In this document: piece by piece, positions 1 to 12,600 of the stretch
Position numbering within the stretch: position 1 is the first letter of the stretch
Layout of the letters: each line of letters starts with the position of its first letter
From: Eledone cirrhosa
Taxonomy: Eukaryota
Length of the DNA stretch: 64,000 nt
Assembly (NCBI GenBank): GCA_964016885.1
Contig: CAXHJY010000105.1
Span: forward strand, 806,001-870,000
Direction: 5' to 3'
Program-made: the position numbers and the translations under genes
Notes under the pieces: model-generated
What the model was told of the DNA's origin: nothing
Seen by the model: the letters and a program-made list of their open reading frames with translations, nothing else
The model's database searches: none

Positions 1-47
1 CAAAATTGTAATGTTGAAATCCAAACAGAATCACTACAATGATAATA

Positions 48-240
48 ATTGTTTCTACTTTAGGCACAAGGCCAGCAATTACCCAGTGCATTACTGGTAC
101 TTTATTTTATCGACCCCGTAAGGATGAAAGGCAAAGTCAACCTCGGCGGGATTTGAACTCAGATCGTAAAGGGACGTAACTATGCTGGAAAGCATGGCGT
201 CCGACCCTATACCGATACTGCCAATCCACTGCCGTTTATC
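48..240 (-). mobile_element. SINE-like dispersed repeat fragment
   Basis: The motif 'aggcacaaggccagcaatt...tttattttatcgacccc..aaggatgaaaggcaaagtcaacctcggcgggatttgaactcaga' recurs at about 2890-3050, 4150-4340, 5730-5830, 25300-25510 and 49105-49400. Boundaries are approximate. Confidence 0.65.
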
Positions 241-1205
241 AGGTAAAACACCCTTAGAGACGGAAAATAAGTGACAGCAGCCACTACAGAGAAGAGACGT
301 CTGCATCTCTTGAATTCCAACCAAATGTGTTAACCTTGACACCAAATGGTAGCTGACAACAATTTCTGTCTAAATTAGGAACTAAATATATAATAACTTT
401 AGTAACTAGAGATAGAAGTAAACAAATCTTAGGATTTATTGAAGTTTTGGATAATTTGACATTTGTAATGTTGAAATCCCAACACAAAACCACTGCAATA
501 ATAGTAGTGTTAGTTTATCAGATAAAACACCCTTAGAGACAGAAAATAATAGGACAGCAACTACTCCAGAGACTAACCCTGTTATCATTATAGGGAGGAA
601 ATATGTGTTTGTATTTCAATATTTCAACATTTTAAATCGCATCAATAAATTATAAGATATGTAAAAAATGAAAGAAATATAAAAATAATGAGTAAAGAAT
701 AAAGTAAAAATGGTAGAAATATTAAGAACAATTGATAGAGAAAGCTGAGTTACAGACTTTATATCATGCTGTTTATGGCATTAGAAAGATTTTATAGTGA
801 GGACTATGATCTATAGGATCAACATCTCTCTCATGTGACTAGTACTTATTTAGTGAGGAATATAGTCTATTATGGTCAGATCAGCCTGTTACTGGTACCA
901 TGTAACCCAGTACAACCTGCTTTATAGTTGAGTGGTCGGTGACTAAACCAGCTCCCCCACAAATCTCGTGTCTGGTGAAGAGGGTAAGTAGAACCCCCAG
1001 CAGCATAACAACAAAGATATTAAAAGGGGGTGGATGAACTCTTCAGAGTCAACAGCCATCTACCCCAACTATGGTTTAAATAAGCTCACCAGCTGAGAAC
1101 ATAAATAGATGTAACTATATGCTGTAAAGTATATAGTCCGATGCTCCACTCTGCCAATCCACCACCCTAATAAAATGACAAAACTATAACAAAAGCAATA
1201 CATAC

Positions 1206-1251
1206 TAGATGGAGAGGCAAGGTATTCTTGGATAGGAACTTCACCGTCAGG
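1206..1251 (-). CDS. Host gene exon (PDGEVPIQEYLASPS), downstream of the Tudor domain
   Basis: Acceptor tttctactttcag|CCT and donor A|gtatgt. The phase-0 start matches the preceding exon 2568-2619 and the frame is open. Confidence 0.6.
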
Positions 1252-1361
1252 CTGAAAGTAGAAATTACAATATCACACTATAGTCGACAACAATAGTTAG
1301 TGGTGGTCTTATTGTAAAAACAATGGCTCACTGAGAAAAGTATTATTTTTAGATAGCAATA

Positions 1362-1725
1362 CATTACTACTACTACTATTACTACTACCACCACCACTGC
1401 TGCTGCTACTATCACCACCACTACTGATACTACCACCACTGCTGCTACCACCACCACCACCGCCACTACTACTACTACCACCACCACTGCTGCTACTATC
1501 ACCACCACTACTACTACTACCACCACCACCACTGCTACTACTACTACCACCACTGCTGCTACTACTATCACCACCACTACTGCTACTACCACCACCACTA
1601 CTACTACTACCACCACCACTCCTGCTACTACCACCACCACTACTGCTACTACCACCACCACCACCACCACCACTACTACTACCACTGCTGCTACCACCAC
1701 CACTACTGCCACTACTACTACTACT
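1362..1725. repeat. Degenerate (ACT/ACC/GCT)n trinucleotide microsatellite
   Basis: Visible directly. It produces the spurious poly-Val and poly-Ser/Gly ORFs. Confidence 0.95.
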
Positions 1726-1899
1726 AAATAATTTAATCCACTTCTTTGTGGTGACAAAACCTTTCCACTTCACATGATCCAACTTTACCTCAATTTCTCA
1801 CTGGAAGATTCTCTACCTTCCTCAATGATTCTTTTTAATGTCTTAAGAGATATTCTGCATTTCACATTAGTGGACTCCCATAGTAAACATTTTTCCATT

Positions 1900-2310
1900 T
1901 CTGGTTTGGTTTCTACAGCTGGATGCCCTTCCTAACACAAACCATAACCAAACATACACCCCAACCCACTACCCCTACTCCATCCTCCCACTCCCATCAA
2001 CACCACCCTTTCTCTATAAAGTTGTGTTGGTACTACAACATCCAGTCCAAACTAATGAGGTCGTGTAGGTGTCACGACAAAAAACACACAGTCCACGCTG
2101 TAATGTGGTCGTGTAGGTAACATGGTAAAAACCTCCCAGTCCACACTGTAAATGTGGTTGGTGTTAGGTAGGGCATCCAGCCATAGAAAACCTGCCAGGC
2201 AGTCCTATACGAGCGAGACATGGTCACCCGACCAATCTTGCCTCAAGAGGGACAATTCCCGTCTAACCCATGCTAGCGTGGAAGATAGACGTTAAATGAT
2301 GATGATGAAG
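1900..2310. mobile_element. SINE/MITE-like repeat with inverted arms (ggatgcccttcctaacac ... gtgttagg-agggcatcc)
   Basis: Related sequence occurs at about 4380-4590, 26115-26480, 39600-39720 and 48140-48375. It ends in a (GAT)n tail. Confidence 0.6.
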
Positions 2311-2567
2311 ATGGATGCTTTTTATCATGATACCAAAGCAATTATCTGACAGGGTTGACTGGGTACTTTTTATTGTGTCACCAGCATGACCACCTTACAG
2401 GGTGGACTAGGTGCTTTTTGTCATGTCACCAGCACAACCACCTTACAGGGTAGACAAGGTGCTTTTTGGAAGGTCACCAGCACAACCACATGCCTTCCAT
2501 ATACAAGTAAAAATATATTAAAGGTTACCATAAGCAGTATGAAGATTTGATGGAATGCAGAACTTAC

Positions 2568-2619
2568 TTTGCAAACTTCAGACTCCAGGAGTTGATGGAT
2601 GACACTGTGCAGAGTTTGA
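2568..2619 (-). CDS. Host gene exon ((I)QTLHSVIHQLLESEVCK), end of the extended Tudor domain
   Basis: Acceptor tttgttcttccag|T and donor AAA|gtaagt. The phase-2 start completes the 'AT' left by exon 3891-4015. Confidence 0.75.
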
Positions 2620-3204
2620 CTGGAAGAACAAAGAATATTAATAATGAGAAAATCTTGAAGTAATGTGATCCTTTCAGAATAGATCTTTTTTACCATTGCC
2701 ATCCCCTTGGAAATAACTGGTATGGTCCCGTAACTACTGATAGAGTCAGAGGGGTGCCATATTGACATGCGGTGTATCTAGGGTATTTTAAACCTGGTGG
2801 AGCCCATCTCTCTCTCTCCAGATCTGAATAGAGTAGATTTCTTCCAGAGAAGGATAGAGAGAAAGAGAGAGGAAGTGAGAGATATAGAGGAAAAATCGAC
2901 CCCAGTACTTGACTAGTACTTTTTTTATCAACCTCGAATAGCCGAAAGGTAAAATTGACCTTGGCAATATTTGAACTTGGAGAGCAGAGAGCTGGAACAA
3001 ATACGACAAAATATTTTATCTGACGTTCTAACAACTCTACTAGTTCACCACCTAAACTCATAATGAACATTGCCATAACACAACCTTGATAGGAATGAGC
3101 TGATAAACCAGTACACAACCCCTTCCTCATTATACTAAAGCAGTAGTGAGCTCCACCCAAGCCCTGACCTCCGCTATGAAATTATTTTTTAAATTCATAT
3201 ATTT

Positions 3205-3812
3205 ATATCGTATATGACTTCATATTTAATTCATAGCAAGACTTATATATTTATTACACATAATTATATCGTGTATGACTTCATATTTAATCCATAGTAA
3301 GACTCATATATTTATTACACATAATTATATCGTGTATGACTTCATATTTAATCCATAGTAAGACTCATATATTTATTACACATAATTATATCGTGTATGA
3401 CTTCATACTTAATCCATAGTAAGACTCATATATTTATTACACATAATTATATCGTGTATGACTTCATACTTAATCCATAGTAAGATTCATATATTTATTA
3501 CACATAATTATATCGTGTATGACTTCATACTTAATCCATAGTAAAATTCATATATTTATTACACATAATTATATCGTGTATGACTTCATACTTAATCCAT
3601 AGTAAGATTCATATATTTATTACACATAATTATATCGTGTATGACTTCATACTTAATCCATAGTAAGACTCATATATTTATTACACATAATTATATCGTG
3701 TATGACTTCATACTTAATCCATAGTAAGATTCATATATTTATTACACATAATTATATCGTGTATGACTTCATATTTAATCCATAGTAAGACTCATATATT
3801 TATTACACATAA
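3205..3812. repeat. 61-bp AT-rich minisatellite, about 10 copies
   Basis: gtgtatgacttcata recurs at 3271, 3332, 3393 and onward (period 61). Confidence 0.95.
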
Positions 3813-3890
3813 ACATCTCATATATAACTTCATATAGACGACTTTATATGTTATATAAAAATATCAATGAGAAAGCGGAGTAATACTGAC

Positions 3891-4015
3891 ATATTGTAGA
3901 GAGATACAACATATTTGCCAACTGAAGAACAATGGAAGAATACAATGAAATTTTGTCCAGAAACCACACTACTCAGTACTTTGCCAGCACGATTTATCCA
4001 TGATGGCGGTGCCAA
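3891..4015 (-). CDS. Host gene exon (LAPPSWINRAGKVLSSVVSGQNFIVFFHCSSVGKYVVSLYN), SN-like part of the extended Tudor domain
   Basis: Acceptor tatttctttcag|TTG and donor AT|gtcagt. Phase 0 follows GIEP, giving the 'GIEP....W...A' pattern typical of extended Tudor domains. Confidence 0.8.
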
Positions 4016-4639
4016 CTGAAAGAAATAACAACAATATTAGATATCATCATCACTGTTTAACGTCTATTTTTTTACATTTTTCTACATTAGCATGAGTTAG
4101 AAGTAATGAAACACTGTTTATCACTTGGGTAAAAATAATATATAATAATGGTTTCTACTTTAAACACAAGGCCAACAATGTGAAGGGAAGGGGAAAGTCG
4201 ATTAAATCAACTGGTATTTTATTTTATAAAGAATGAAAGGCAAAGCCTTGGTGGGATTTGAAGTCAGAACGTAAAGTGACGTAACTCTATGCCGCGAAGC
4301 ATGGAGTCCGACACTACCAATTACTGCCATTTCACTGCTGTAATAACAATATCAACAACCATCATCATCATCATCATTGTTTAACCTGCTCGTATAGGAC
4401 TGTCTGGCGGGTTTTCTACGGCTGGGTGCCCTTCCTAACACCAACCACGTTTACAGTGTGGACTGGGAGGTTTTTACCGTGTTACCTACACGGCCACATT
4501 ACAGCATGGACTGTGTGTTTTTTTGTTGTGACACCTACACGACCTCATTTGTTTCGGACTGGATGTTGTGGTACCAACATAACTTCACATTTAAAGGGGG
4601 GGAGGGGTTATTTTGTTAGAGGTGCCTACTGACTGTAGG

Positions 4640-5247
4640 TTTCGCTTTGTACTTAGGCAAGGCGGGTCTTCTGTATGACTGTCGCGCCAAAGATCTCGGT
4701 CCAGTGACATTGTCTTAGAGAGGTGTAAGTGTGTGAGGTCGGAATTTATTAAGTCGTCCCAGGTTTTTCTGGGTCTGCCTACTCCGTGGCTACCGTCTAT
4801 TTTTATCGCCCTGCACTTTTTATACAACTGTCGTCTTTCATGCGCATCACGTGACCATACCAACGTAGTCTTCTCTCGAGTAAACAACATCTGATCCCTT
4901 TTATTTCTAATTTCTCCCTTAGTTCGTTTATTCTTTGCCGTTCGCGTATATTACTATTACACATCCAGCGGAGCATGCCAGCTTTGTTCCTCTCCAGTGT
5001 GCGTATATCCTCTGCACACAATGCCCAGGTCTCACTGCCATGTAACATTGCTGTTCGTATGCAGGCATCATACAGCCTGCCTTTCATTTTTAGAGAGAAC
5101 CCTTTAGCGGCCAATAGTGGTATAAGCTCTCTGAACTTTTTCCATCCAGTTCTGACTCTAGCTACTGTACTTTCAGAGCACCCTCCACCACTGCTGATTT
5201 TGTCACCCAGGTAACGGAAGGTGTCCACTATTTCTATAGAACCATCT
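4640..5247 (-). mobile_element. 5'-truncated RTE-type LINE fragment (RT C-terminus)
   Basis: Translates to IEIVDTFRYLGDKI...MLHGSETW...RRLRWYGHVMR, then after a frameshift GRPRKTW. These are RTE-clade C-terminal motifs. Confidence 0.85.
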
Positions 5248-5318
5248 GTGGAATGGTAATAATCTGTGCAACAATAATAACAGAAATACAACAATGGTAA
5301 TAAGGAGTGTAAACTCAC

Positions 5319-5457
5319 AGGTTCAATACCATACAATCTACAGTGCAAGGCCTGGGCATTTAGCTCACTGAAGCGTGGAGGAAATTCAGTTGATATTTTA
5401 TTGAGTGGACGTTGTTCAGCAAAACCGTAGTCCAAGTAAAATAGATCAGCTTTTTCC
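5319..5457 (-). CDS. Host gene exon, Tudor core C-half (EKADLFYLDYGFAEQRPLNKISTEFPPRFSELNAQALHCRLYGIEP)
   Basis: Has the Tudor 'FYLDYG' and 'L.AQA..C.L.GI.P' motifs. Acceptor ctctcttccag|G, donor CCT|gtgagt. Phase 2 joins exon 25103-25256 (GG|G = Gly). Confidence 0.9.
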
Positions 5458-5461
5458 CTGG

Positions 5462-5619
5462 AAGAGAGAGAGTAGAAAATAATGAGAGAGAGGGGGGGCA
5501 GAGAGCGAGAGAGGGGGGGGCAGAGAGCGAGAGAGAGGGGGAGAGACAGAGAGCGAGAGAGAGGGGGAGAGACAGAGAGCGAGAGAGAGGGAGAGGGGGA
5601 GAAGGGGAGAAAGAGAGAT

Positions 5620-5653
<34 letters not shown>

Positions 5654-5658
5654 GAGAA
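5462..5658. repeat. (GA)n-rich microsatellite
   Basis: Visible directly. It forms a long pyrimidine tract on the minus strand upstream of the acceptor at 5458. Confidence 0.95.
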
Positions 5659-7905
5659 TGTGTTTAAATATCAGAACACTTGAGAAGACTTACTGGTAAA
5701 ATAATTTTAATATTCCATAGACTATTAATTGTTTCTACATTTGGCACAAGGCCAGCAATTATCCCAGTACATTACTGACCCTGTAAGGATGAAAGGCAAA
5801 GTTAACCTCGGCAGGATTTGAACTCAGAATGGCAAGGGCCATAAAAAACATAAAAGGAAGGATGTATTGAGTACTGCAGATGGATGGATATTGTAAAGGA
5901 ATGGTTTGTGAAAGTTATGGCAGGTACAAAGCTATCTCAAACAAGATCAGAGGTGGTAATGAGTTTAGTGAGAAAATTAGGACTAATCTCCCTTAACCCT
6001 TTACACTATATATATACTATTGTATTTTCACAGTAAAGGTTTACCTCACATAATATCTCACATAACATTTACATTACTCTATATATACTATTGTATTTTC
6101 ACAGTAAAGGTTTACCTCACATAATATCTCACATAACATTTACATTACTCTATATATACTATTGTATTGTCACAGTAAAGGTTTACCTCACATAATATCT
6201 CACATAACATTTACATTACTCTATATATACTATTGTATTTTCACAGTAAAGGTTTACCTCACATAATATCTCACATAACATTTACATTACTCTATATATA
6301 CTATTGTATTTTCACAGTAAAGGTTTACCACACATATCTCACATAACATTTACATTACTCTATATATACTATTGTATTTTCACAGTAAAGGCTTAACCTC
6401 ACATAATATCTCACATAACATTTACATTACTCTATATATACTATTGTATTTTCACAGTAAAGGTTTACCACACATATCTCACATAACATTTACATTACTC
6501 TATATATACTATTGTATTTTCACAGTAAAGGCTTTACCTCACATAATATCTCACATAACATTTACACTACTCTATATATACTATTGTATTTTCACAGTAA
6601 GGCTTTACCTCACATAATATCTCACATAACATTTACATTACTCTATATATACTATTGTATTTTCACAGTAAAGGTTTACCACACATAATATCTCACATAA
6701 CATTTACATTACTCTATATATACTATTGTATTTTCACAGTAAAGGTTTACCACACATAATATCTCACATAACATTTACATTACTCTATATATACTATTGT
6801 ATTTTCACAGTAAAGGTTTACCACACATAATATCTCACATAACATTTACATTACTCTATATATACTATTGTATTTTCACAGTAAAGGCTTTACCTCACAT
6901 AATATCTCACATAACATTTACACTACTCTATATATACTATTGTATTTTCACAGTAAAGGTTTACCACATAATATCTCACATAACATTTACATTACTCTAT
7001 ATATACTATTGTATTTTCACAGTAAAGGCTTTACCTCACATAATATCTCACATAACATTTACATTACTCTATATATACTATTGTATTTTCACAGTAAAGG
7101 CTTTACCTCACATAATATCTCACATAACATTTACATTACTCTATATATACTATTGTATTTTCACAGTAAAGGCTTTACCTCACATAATATCTCACATAAC
7201 ATTTACATTACTCTATATATACTATTGTATTTTCACAGTAAAGGCTTTACCTCACATAATATCTCACATAACATTTACATTACTCTATATATACTATTGT
7301 ATTTTCACAGTAAAGGCTTTACCTCACATAATATCTCACATAACATTTACATTACTCTATATATACTATTGTATTTTCACAGTAAAGGCTTTACCTCACA
7401 TAATATCTCACATAACATTTACATTACTCTATATATACTATTGTATTTTCACAGTAAAGGCTTAACCTCACATAATATCTCACATAACATTTACATTACT
7501 CTATATATACTATTGTATTTTCACAGTAAAGGCTTTACCTCACATAATATCTCACATAACATTTACATTACTCTATATATACTATTGTATTTTCACAGTA
7601 AAGGCTTTACCTCACATAACATTTACATTACTCTATATATACTATTGTATTTTCACAGTAAAGGCTTTACCTCACATAATATCTCACATAACATCTCGTA
7701 TACGAGAGACGTGTGTTGACGTGTGTGAACAAGCTCGGCTACCGAGTCGGATTTACTTACTCAAAAAGTGAGTTTTGATTAATTTTTTTATACTGTAATA
7801 TACGTTAACCCCTTGCCTTGGTCGTCAAACTTTGAGTTTATTTATTTTCGCCCCTTTTGGGGGTGAAATTTACACTTAAATATTTATTACGGCAAACTCA
7901 TAGAA

Positions 7906-9642
7906 ATGGACGGAATTTTCACATCTCATCCTAACGACAAAGCCACGCCCCCTAAGAAAGGTGATACAGAGAAGCTAGAAGCACAAGGCTCTAAGTCTTC
8001 CCTCCTGACTTCTGCAAAAGAAACATGGAACACGGAATTAAAAGAAAAATTTGTAAAAATGGGTGAAAACCCAGAAAGTCACATAAACGCAGACAAAAAC
8101 AACAACGACAATAACAGCAATAGTCACAACACCAACCAAGGAAAAAATAACGATAACACCAAACAAAGCGAACCCACTACTGGTACCTCCTTTGCACAGG
8201 CGGTCCGGAAAACACAAACCTGCAAGCAACTGGACATTACAACTCTGAGAGAAAAGATGAAGGAAGCGAAACAGTATGTAACTTTCAAAGAAGGAGGAGA
8301 CTTCACAATCACCTCCCCACAAGAAATCAAAAGAGACACGACGCTAAGAACGATATCTTTCAGAACAATTTCCAACATAACAAGGAAACCAACTCAATTA
8401 TCCCAAAAAGAGATTGAGCTGGTCCTAAAAAATGTGTGGAGTGATATATCGTTCATACAAAAAGGGCCACTCTATGGGAATATAACGGTCCTAATGAAGG
8501 ATCAACTGACGGCCAGGAAATACTCTGTGGCGCCAATTGTTTCCAAGCTACATACATTTTTCCCCACATATTTAGGGAAAAGAACGCAGAAGATAAGGGT
8601 CTCCGGAATCCGGCCAAATGCATGCATTTCCTGGGTACTAACAGGATTTTTAGAAGACGAGGACGGAATCCTCTCAGTAGGAGAAGTCACCACAGACGTT
8701 TTCGGCGGTTTGAGCGTGGAGGTTCTGGTCCAAATGAGACCAGAACGAATAGCTAGAATACCACAGAGGGTGTCCCTCGATGGAGAAACATTTATATATA
8801 TTTCAGCCGAGGGTAGGAGGCCCATATGTTACTACTGTTCAAGCAGGGGTCATCTAAGGGCTGCTTGTCCTCAATTGACAAAAAAAAAGGCTCTTTTGCC
8901 TACACCCCACACACCACCACCGCCACCACCACCACCACCTCCACCACCACCACCACAACAACAACAAAAACAACAGGGAAAAATAACACAAGACACGGCC
9001 CCACCCAAAACAACTCCCAAAACACACACAAATACAACAAAACCCCAAAATACACCACTACCCGACAGCATGGACGAGGACCCAGCGGAAACGGCACCTA
9101 GTGACGAAGAGGGGGAACCCTTCCAACCTGTAAAAAGGAAAAAAAGAAAGCACCACTCGAACATAAACGAAACAAACACACAACCACCAACAAAAACAAA
9201 ACAAACAGAACAAACAAAATCCGCCCCACCCCAAAACATAACACATACAACAAAACGTAAGCACACACAAGAACAACAAACAAACACAACACAAATAAAA
9301 CAGTATACATACATTAACACAAATAACAAAGAACTAGTAAAAACAATACACAAAGACTCTTTGGTGGAAACTGAAGGGCAATTCTTTGCAAGCGCGGCCA
9401 ACAAACCGCATTTAAAAATGATAAGACTCCCAATGGACACCTATGCAAAACTAAGAGAGAACTTTCCTGAGGACGTGGGGAAAACATGTACTCGACCCTA
9501 TAACCGCGTCCTCTTGAAACGTTTCCCCACCCACACCTCACCAAACACCCCCACTCCACCACAGAACAACACCCCACCAAACAACCCCTCCAATACGCCC
9601 ATGGATATTGTGCAACCTGCTCCTCAGGAGCCGAACAGGTAG
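7906..9642 (+). CDS. LINE ORF1, gag-like protein with a CCHC zinc knuckle (578 aa)
   Basis: CYYCSSRGHLRAAC knuckle followed by a Pro/Thr/Lys-rich low-complexity region. Lies upstream of APE-RT. Confidence 0.9.
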   Translation: MDGIFTSHPNDKATPPKKGDTEKLEAQGSKSSLLTSAKETWNTELKEKFVKMGENPESHINADKNNNDNNSNSHNTNQGKNNDNTKQSEPTTGTSFAQAVRKTQTCKQLDITTLREKMKEAKQYVTFKEGGDFTITSPQEIKRDTTLRTISFRTISNITRKPTQLSQKEIELVLKNVWSDISFIQKGPLYGNITVLMKDQLTARKYSVAPIVSKLHTFFPTYLGKRTQKIRVSGIRPNACISWVLTGFLEDEDGILSVGEVTTDVFGGLSVEVLVQMRPERIARIPQRVSLDGETFIYISAEGRRPICYYCSSRGHLRAACPQLTKKKALLPTPHTPPPPPPPPPPPPPPQQQQKQQGKITQDTAPPKTTPKTHTNTTKPQNTPLPDSMDEDPAETAPSDEEGEPFQPVKRKKRKHHSNINETNTQPPTKTKQTEQTKSAPPQNITHTTKRKHTQEQQTNTTQIKQYTYINTNNKELVKTIHKDSLVETEGQFFASAANKPHLKMIRLPMDTYAKLRENFPEDVGKTCTRPYNRVLLKRFPTHTSPNTPTPPQNNTPPNNPSNTPMDIVQPAPQEPNR

Positions 9643-9663
9643 GTCCTTCCTCTTTTAACCAAC

Positions 9664-12600
9664 ATGGCTGATATAAGAGTTGGGTGTCTGAATGTACGTG
9701 GCCTGGGACTGTCTTGGAAACAAGGCAAACTTTTAAACGATCTCAGGTCGCATAGAATGGATGTAATGGCTATTTGCGAGTCCAGGATCAGCAGCGAGCA
9801 CCAACTGGCGCCCCTCTTCGACGACTTTGAGATCTTCGCATCTCTCTGTCAACCGGGGGGTGGGGGTGGAGTTGTCGTTCTGCTGCGAAAACACCTGGGC
9901 CTCGCCATACAGAAGGTGCACCTGGACCCGGAGGGTCGACTGGTGGTTTTAGACGTCGGCAGTAGTGAAAGTGGAGCCCTTAGACTAATAGCTGTGTACG
10001 CCCCTTTTTGGGCAGCGCGGCCGGAATACTTCCAACGTCTGGAAACTTTTCTGGGAACGTCCCGCTCCTTGCTTTTAGTGGGGGACTGGAATGGTATCCT
10101 GGATGCACGTTGGGACTATGTAGGGGCATGTGCCAATAGAGGGGGGTGTAAAAGCCTCAAAAGGTTAATCGGCCGATTTGACCTGGCCGATAGATATCGA
10201 CTAGATTTTCCGACTGTACCACTATGGACGTGGACCAATCGCAGTGGAACATCTAGGTCGTACCTAGATAGGGTCCTAGTTAGAGAGAAGGATAGGGACA
10301 CATTTAGCTGTCCAAAAATGTTCATGGTTGACTATTCGGATCACAAGTTAGTGACCTGCATAGCCAACCTTGATAGAACCCATAGACAGGGACCCGGTTA
10401 CTGGAAGCTGAACTTGTCCTTACCGAGAAGCAAAGCTTACAGTAAACGGATTAGCACGTTAGTTAAGCAGAGTTTGACAGGGGCAATTGTCAACAACAGG
10501 TGGTGGAGCTCTCTTAAGAGAGCAATTAGAATAGAATCGATAGGTTTTAGTCAGGAATTAGCAAGGGATAGGAACAAGACGGAAAGGGAATTAGTAGATA
10601 GAGTAGAAGAGGCGATTAGGAGTGGCAATGTAGCCGGCGTGCTGGCATCAAGAATGGCCTTAGACCAGTTCTTTGAGGTGAAGCATGAAGGCTGCGTTGT
10701 CAGGAGTAAAATACGTGCTCTGGGTAATGAGGGAGCCAAAGCTGTGAGCTGGGCCCGAGTGACAGAGGCAAAAAGTGGGAACAAGTCCACGATTCGGTCT
10801 TTGAAGGACCAGGATGGGCGTGTGATCCTTGAACCTGGGCAGATTTGTGCGGCCTTTCAGCGGCACTTTGCACGACTGTTCGAGAGGGGCGGCGCGCCGG
10901 GTGAGACTATGGATTTCAATCCATACCTCGACGGTCTGCCGCGCCTCTCGGACGCGGAGGCGAAGTCCTGCGAAAGGACGATTTCAGCTGCTGAGATAGG
11001 GGCGGCGGTGAGCCAATGCGGCAAACGCAAATCCCCGGGTCTCGATGGTCTACCATACGAGCTATATGTAGCGATGCCGGACTTGTTCTCCGATATCCTC
11101 GAAGCGGTCTACTGTAACTGGCAGCAGAACGGGAGAATTCCCAGTTCTGTGACCAAGGGCGTAGTTACGCTGGTGAGGAAGGATGAGAACAAGGGGGATG
11201 ACATAAGTAACTTCAGGCCCATAACTCTGCTAAATACAGAGTTAAAGATTTTGGCCAAGGTGTTAGCGAAGAGGTTGGCGCTTGTCGTTGGAAACCTGGT
11301 GGGAGAAGCGCAGACATGCGCAATCCCGTCCAGGTCCATTCACGACAATCTCCACCTTATGCGATACATCATAGAGAGGGTAGGGAATGAACCCGGCTTT
11401 GGTGGGGCCCTGATCAACTTGGATCAATCTAAAGCTTTCGATAGGGTTGACCATCGTTACCTGGATGCGGTGCTCGCGGCGGCAGGCTTCGGACCCGTTT
11501 TCAGGGGTTGGATTGCTGCGATGCACAGCAGCAACGTCTGCTCAAGGGTCAAGGTGAACGGCCACCTCTCGGAGCCGTTCCAAATCATGCGATCCATCCG
11601 ACAGGGATGCCCTCTCTCCTCCCTACTGTATGTGCTGGCTCTTGAGCCACTACTGCGGAAGTTGGAGCGGTTGCAGGGCATCCCTTTGGAACCGGGATTG
11701 CAGAAAGCGGCGTCGGCCTACGCCGATGACGTGACAGTAATGGTGTCGAAAACCTCGCAAATCGGTGAGATCGGCACCTTACTGGAGGAATATGAAAGGT
11801 TTACAGGAGCCAAGCTGAACCGGGACAAGTCCGTCGGTTTGCAACTCGGAACATGGAGAGGCAAACCGATGCCCTCCAACGACGTCGTCGGACGCTGGAC
11901 GGAGGGCCCGGTGAAGCTGCTTGGGGTCTGGTTCGGACCAGACCTCCAGGTGGAGAAAAACTGGAACGAGGTAACGGCCAGGGTGTTTGCACTCACCCAG
12001 AAGTGGGCCCAGTGCAAACTATCCCTGAAAGGTCGAGCGGAGGTGGCGAATACTTATATAGCATCCGTCATCTACTACCGCTTGACCGTCGTGCCTTGCC
12101 CAGTGAAAAGACTCGCCAAAATGGAGTGCGCGCTGTTCCAATTTCTTTGGAACAAGCGGACCCCTTTGGTGAGGAGATCCATCTGCTGTCAACACCCTTC
12201 GAAAGGAGGGCTGGGGATGCCGTGGCTACAGATGCGTAAACACGCATTAAGGCTACGGCACCTCCAGGTATTCCTCACCGGTCAACCGGTGTGGGCCCCG
12301 TTTGTGAGGCGAGCCTTTCCCAGACTCGTCTCGCTCACCGAGCTGCAATCCTGGGTCAAGCAAAGACCGAGAAAAGTGGGCGACTGGCACATTGAATGTG
12401 CCCAGGCGCTCACGGTCCTCTGGAAAGCGGACCCGGCAATCAGTGGAGACTCCACGTCGACATTCTATAGAGGGTTGGTACGCAGCAGGTGCGACGATAC
12501 TCTCGGAGAAGCTCTAGGCATGGAGGAAGATGAACTGGCCAGTCTGTTCGGTAGGACGTTTGGCCCTGGACCGATGGACAACTTCCAAAAGTCCCTGGCT

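Noticed and set aside
1278-1782. Poly-Val and Ser/Gly ORFs
   Set aside because: Trinucleotide microsatellite.
1789-1854. Possible exon ISLKTLKRIIEEGRESSSEKL
   Set aside because: Poor acceptor and phase mismatch. Exon 2568-2619 joins 1206-1251 directly in frame.
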